Assembly: GCF_003918875.1 (NCBI RefSeq)
Contig: NW_025764967.1
Location: 248,001-312,000 of the forward strand
DNA from: Haliotis rubra
Taxonomy: Eukaryota
DNA length: 64,000 nt
Reading direction: 5' to 3'
Under the pieces are notes generated by a model. It was not told the origin of the DNA, searched no databases, and was given only the letters and a program-made list of their open reading frames with translations. Position numbers and translations under genes: made by a program. Numbering within the stretch: position 1 is the first letter of the stretch; each line of letters begins with the position of its first letter. Shown here piece by piece: positions 59,481-64,000 of this stretch.

Positions 59481-61949
59481 TATCGCTGCTTGTTGCCGTC
59501 CCTTGGTCTCTTTGGGACATACGTAATGGGCGATGACCTTGGAGCAACCACACTCCCGGTAAGCAGGACACCTTTGGGGCAGTGTAGATAACTGTGGTCA
59601 TCTGTTCTGCACAGGCGGGCAACGGAAGGAGGCGCGGAGGCGGGAGACGTCTGCATGCTTCTAGCTTCTGCGGAGCAACTGATGGGGAGAGCTTTGGAAA
59701 CCTTTGAATTTATATATATTAGTTGATGCTGACGTCACTTTGACGCATCTGGTTCGCACCCGATTGCATCCGGTTCGTAATTCACTCTTCATCCTGACTC
59801 AACAGGTCGATAGGCTAGCAGACGCTTCATGGGTATGTCATCATTCCTATAAATAACAAATGTCGAGGCCTCGCTGGTGCGCACCTCGCCACGCTTAGGA
59901 CGTGACTGTACGCATCGTCAAAGCATGATTTAAATCTGGCATAAACCCAGGCTCAGCGTGGGTCTCACCGAGCTCCCTCACCATGCCGTCACCACGAATG
60001 AACGAAGCATGAACTTCCCGGAGGAGCCTGTGGCCCTACCAGTTGAGCGACGACCCAAAGAACAAATCCAAGAAATTCCGGACTGGTACCCCAGCACCGA
60101 CAATCAGGGATGCCCAGCTTGGCTGCAGCGTCAACAGCCTGAAGACCTTCCTGTCGTTCCTAGAGAACAGTGCTCTGATGCAGTGTTAGCAGATTTGAGA
60201 GACGATGTGGGGCGGCCAGGGATGGCAGGATCGCGCGGGATTAATTCCTGAACACTCCAGCCCTGGATTCAGACATCCGAGTCCCATTTCCAGCGGATGG
60301 GCGGGACCTGCAGGGGAAACACATCAAGGCCCAAGTGGAAAAGTACAACAAAGCAAACCACGATTTCCATATCGATGACACCTACGGACATATAAGCACT
60401 TACTTCGTATAGGATCCTGGACTCGTATAGGTGGAGGGATACGCCGGCCAAGGCACCTCTGGGTTTGCTTTAAACACCTTCCTGGAAAAGAAGAAAATGA
60501 ATGACGCCCAAAATCAAAGAATGAGGGATCAGCTCTGCTTTGCTTCAGTGCCCTGGTCGTGGCTATAGTCACCACGAACACAAACCTGATCCTGTGACCC
60601 AAAGCGAATGGATCAGAAGGAATGGAAAACGGCTTTGTGATAGTCAGTAGCCCAAAGCCTGGGAACCTAAGGCTGCCAAGGGCCTTTGTTCCCTGTCAAC
60701 TCAAGCATCCTTCATTCCCGCACAGGACGCTTACTGTGGGAGTTGTTCGGAAGTCAACGTTTGGCCCCTTTACTTATCAGCTCCAAAGTCTACTCCCAAG
60801 ATGTGGGATGAATCGACCCCTGCAATAAGAGCAGCGGCCTTAAACCTACTCAAGATATCCTTCACCTCTATCACCACCATCACCATTACGATGCTGCCAA
60901 TCCAAGGATCAAAGCCTCACAGGTTATCCCTACTTTATTGTGAGACTTCTAGACCAAGCTGACAGTACCCCGGAAAATCATCGCTGCACCGGGAGAATTT
61001 CTCAATGCCACTGGTGCCAATGTCTTGACATACTGCGGGCGACGTGGACAATGAAGGGCTCTCCTGGTTCCAATGTATGGCGGATGGTTCCGAAACTCGT
61101 ACTGCTTTCTAACGCTAATCGGACGGCATCCCAGCATTCCTTGCTCCAGGTCCATCCTCATCGCATGCGTCATCGATGTTCAGCCAAAGTCAATAATATG
61201 AGAAAAATCCGCAGGCAGCATGGCTTCGTCCACCGCGTGGGCAACGAATCGATCACTGTAATGATCTCTGCGTTGGTTAACCTTTGAAACCCAACTCCAC
61301 CAGTGTTATGGACGCCCGTCATCGAATGCCACCGAAACAAAATGAAGATAGTGAAAATGGATGAAGATAAAGAACGGTAACTGCGGCCAGTTCATCTTCT
61401 ATGACTTTGAATGTAACTCAAAGATCGGAGCATGGAGGATTTCATGTCTCTAACTTGTGTGTGGTGTATCCAGATGTGGAAATGCATTTGAGGCTCCGGA
61501 TCAACTGTGATGACAAGTGTCCTGGCGTATGAAGGCGGAAGGGCCCATCGCATCAAAGTGTTTCTTGGGATCTACGACCTTGAAAGCGACATGGGCGTGA
61601 CTGCATTGATGCGTCTGGCGGAAAAAGAAAGAGGAAGCAGAAGAAGAAACGTAAAAGCATCCCCCAGCAGCAGCCAGTCAGTCAAAAGCCTCCAAACAAC
61701 CCAAACTGTCATCACTCAGAAGCCGATGATGATAGATTGCAGAACAAAGACAACAACGACAAAGAACAAACACGTGAAAGCATGACATCTCTACCATTGA
61801 TGATGATCGACGTTCTTGCCGTCATTGCTCATAACCTACTCGTGGGTATGAGATGGACACTTCTGCTCCCAACAGTTCTTCCATCAACATCTCGTGAAAG
61901 CAACCCCAGGTCATTACATGCGGGAATGCAATAAGCATCTCTTGCAGAT

Positions 61950-63260
61950 GACCGTGGACGTCTGGTTTTCTAAGGATCTCACCTAACTCTACCGGATAGT
62001 ATTCTGAAGCAGTTTCCAAAAACGTTTGTAATTGACGGAACTCAAGAAAGGCTACTCCCCTCACTCTTCAACAACCGAAGCTCACTCATATTATGGGTCC
62101 ATATCCCTCCCAAAAGCTCTACTCTACGATCCTGGATAGTATGTTTCCTGCCGAACGTAAAGCCTTCTTTGGCCTGGGTACGATGCACGTGGTGTAATGA
62201 GTTGACTTGTCTTTGATCTTGATGAGGAATTCGTTGACCCACTGTCAGAGCAAGGATGTGGACATTTTGCAGGTCGATATTGTGCTTACATTCCGCAACA
62301 TATTCATTCAACAGGAACAACGTGGACCCTCTTCTATGAAGCAGCATTCAATTCCATGGCTTCTGTATGCCTACCTTCCGAAAACAGTTTTGGAACCTCC
62401 CGTACCATCGCTATCCTACCTACCACTCAAGGGTTATCACCCCCAGCGTCGCTACTTCAGTTTCCAGTGTTCCACTAATTCAATCCAATAAGTGCATCAA
62501 CACCCTGGGGTCATCCGCATCCAACATGCTCGGAATGGTGGCGGAGAAGTAGGCTTTGACTGTGCTGACGGTAGCCGCTTGGCATGGTGGATGGCTTCGA
62601 CAACAAACACGTACCGTGTATGAACATTGGGCTGTTTCCCCTTGGTATGGATGTACCTGCTGTTACAAAGACGTAGGGCGATGTGGAACACCATGCTAAC
62701 TTGGCAAAGCAACCCCTCGGGAACGATACCATCATACCATGTAACTGACTGGGTGTGCGCATGCCAACATCCTGACATCGACCAAGTGGTGACCCTCTGG
62801 TAATGCTGGATTTTCTGGAAACAACAGAAAGAGCAATGGTGACCTTGAGAGCCTTCCCCACCCTGGCAAGGGCCCCATGCTCTACATGCCCAATCCGTTG
62901 ATCCTAGAGATGCTTTCTTTGGAGGTCGTACCAACGCTACCTCAAACCTGTACTATGGCTTTCAAAGAAGAGCAAAGAAATTAAACATGTGGACGTTTGC
63001 CTGCTGTACCTTTACATCTGCAAAGTGCTGGTACTTTCCGGTGGACATCCTGAGATCAAAGATCATCCTCTCCCTCGTGTCTGACTTGTTTGAGCTCCAA
63101 TGGTCTGATCCAGTGCCGTGTCTTACCACCACCCACCGACCTCTATCATCCTGTTCTTCCCTATGCAGCGTCAAGGCGAAACCTGCTCTTTCCTCTGTGC
63201 CGTAATGTGTGCTGACGAGCATTGGATGCTCCCCTGCCCCTAATGGGATGAAGACCAAGC
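61950..63260 (-). mobile_element. Degraded DDE transposase, Kolobok/MULE-like
   Basis: Motif-like segments in the expected order across frames: IFD..TGKY; GHVEH..ARVGKAL; IQHY..W..GCWH; NSLHHV..PKK..RVEL..HN. Family assignment is inference. Confidence 0.4.
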
Positions 63261-64000
63261 ATGGATCGGTACCTACGCCAGCAAGGAGCTTCCAGCTTCT
63301 GGCCTACGAAAAAGCGGCTATCAGAAAGCTTCTACATCTTTGAGTTTCTGGTGCACTTTGACACAGCTCTCGCCACCTACGACCTCTGACACCTGCGAGG
63401 GAGGACTGTTTTGCCAAGCATGTGAACAATCTCTTCAAGATCAAGCAAGAGGCCAGTGGATACCCCCTGGAAGGCTGTCCAGACCCAGATTGCCTAAGTA
63501 CATCAAACGAGATAGGCAGCAAAGAGGGAGTCACCTTTGATCCTGGTTTGCAATCTGCAAAACCCAGGACTACGTGCTCTTTAGCCAAAGCCTGCCTGAA
63601 CAAATCACTGGGGCAAGTTTGTCATCAACGCTGCTACCTTGCCAAGCATTTGAATATCAGTTCCTGAGAGGTACTTTGCCCCTCCTCCGGGATGAACGCT
63701 GTGTGGTAAAAAGATATTAACATCATCAATGAAGATCCCATCTGTGTCACTCACGAACCCTCAGACAGACTTTCACGACCCTCATCCAGCCCAAGCATAA
63801 TGTGGCTTACATTGCAGCCTGTGACAAGTAATAATAATAAGCCCGTCTCAAGTTGTATTCTTATTTGCAAACCGTTGGATCGTTGTGTCCTCTGATTTTG
63901 ATACGGACAGTACTCATCTACATCTACACTCGTCCACGAAGCTAAGCAACCCTCCACTGGGAGATACCTTTGGGGAGCTTTTCGACTGATGAACTGAGGG

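Overview
Eukaryotic (metazoan) genomic DNA. The tRNA-derived SINE family with a (CTCA)n tail and the gene content suggest a mollusc, possibly abalone/vetigastropod (inference). 1-20.5 kb is a transposon mosaic: an I-clade LINE split by an RTE-X-like LINE, a foldback element with 21-bp minisatellite arms, a TTAA-flanked Kolobok-type element, Harbinger and Tc1 transposase relics, and the 3' half of a Gypsy LTR retrotransposon. That element is unusual: its integrase ends in an H3K4me3-type PHD finger, and a TatD nuclease ORF follows at the env position behind a canonical splice acceptor. 21.4 to ~58.5 kb holds one very large minus-strand multi-exon gene. I traced 35 exons (~2,300 aa; all junctions phase-consistent except one apparent 1-nt indel) plus about a dozen error-ridden 5' exons. 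The protein is Cys-rich/EGF-like at the N-terminus, then carries many FN3-like repeats and a carbohydrate-binding-like module, with no C-terminal TM segment. Many of its exon-intron junctions are tandemly amplified, including a 20 x 36-bp in-frame array of 5' splice sites. Beyond ~44 kb the sequence is indel-rich (probably unpolished assembly), and it ends in a degraded DDE transposase region.
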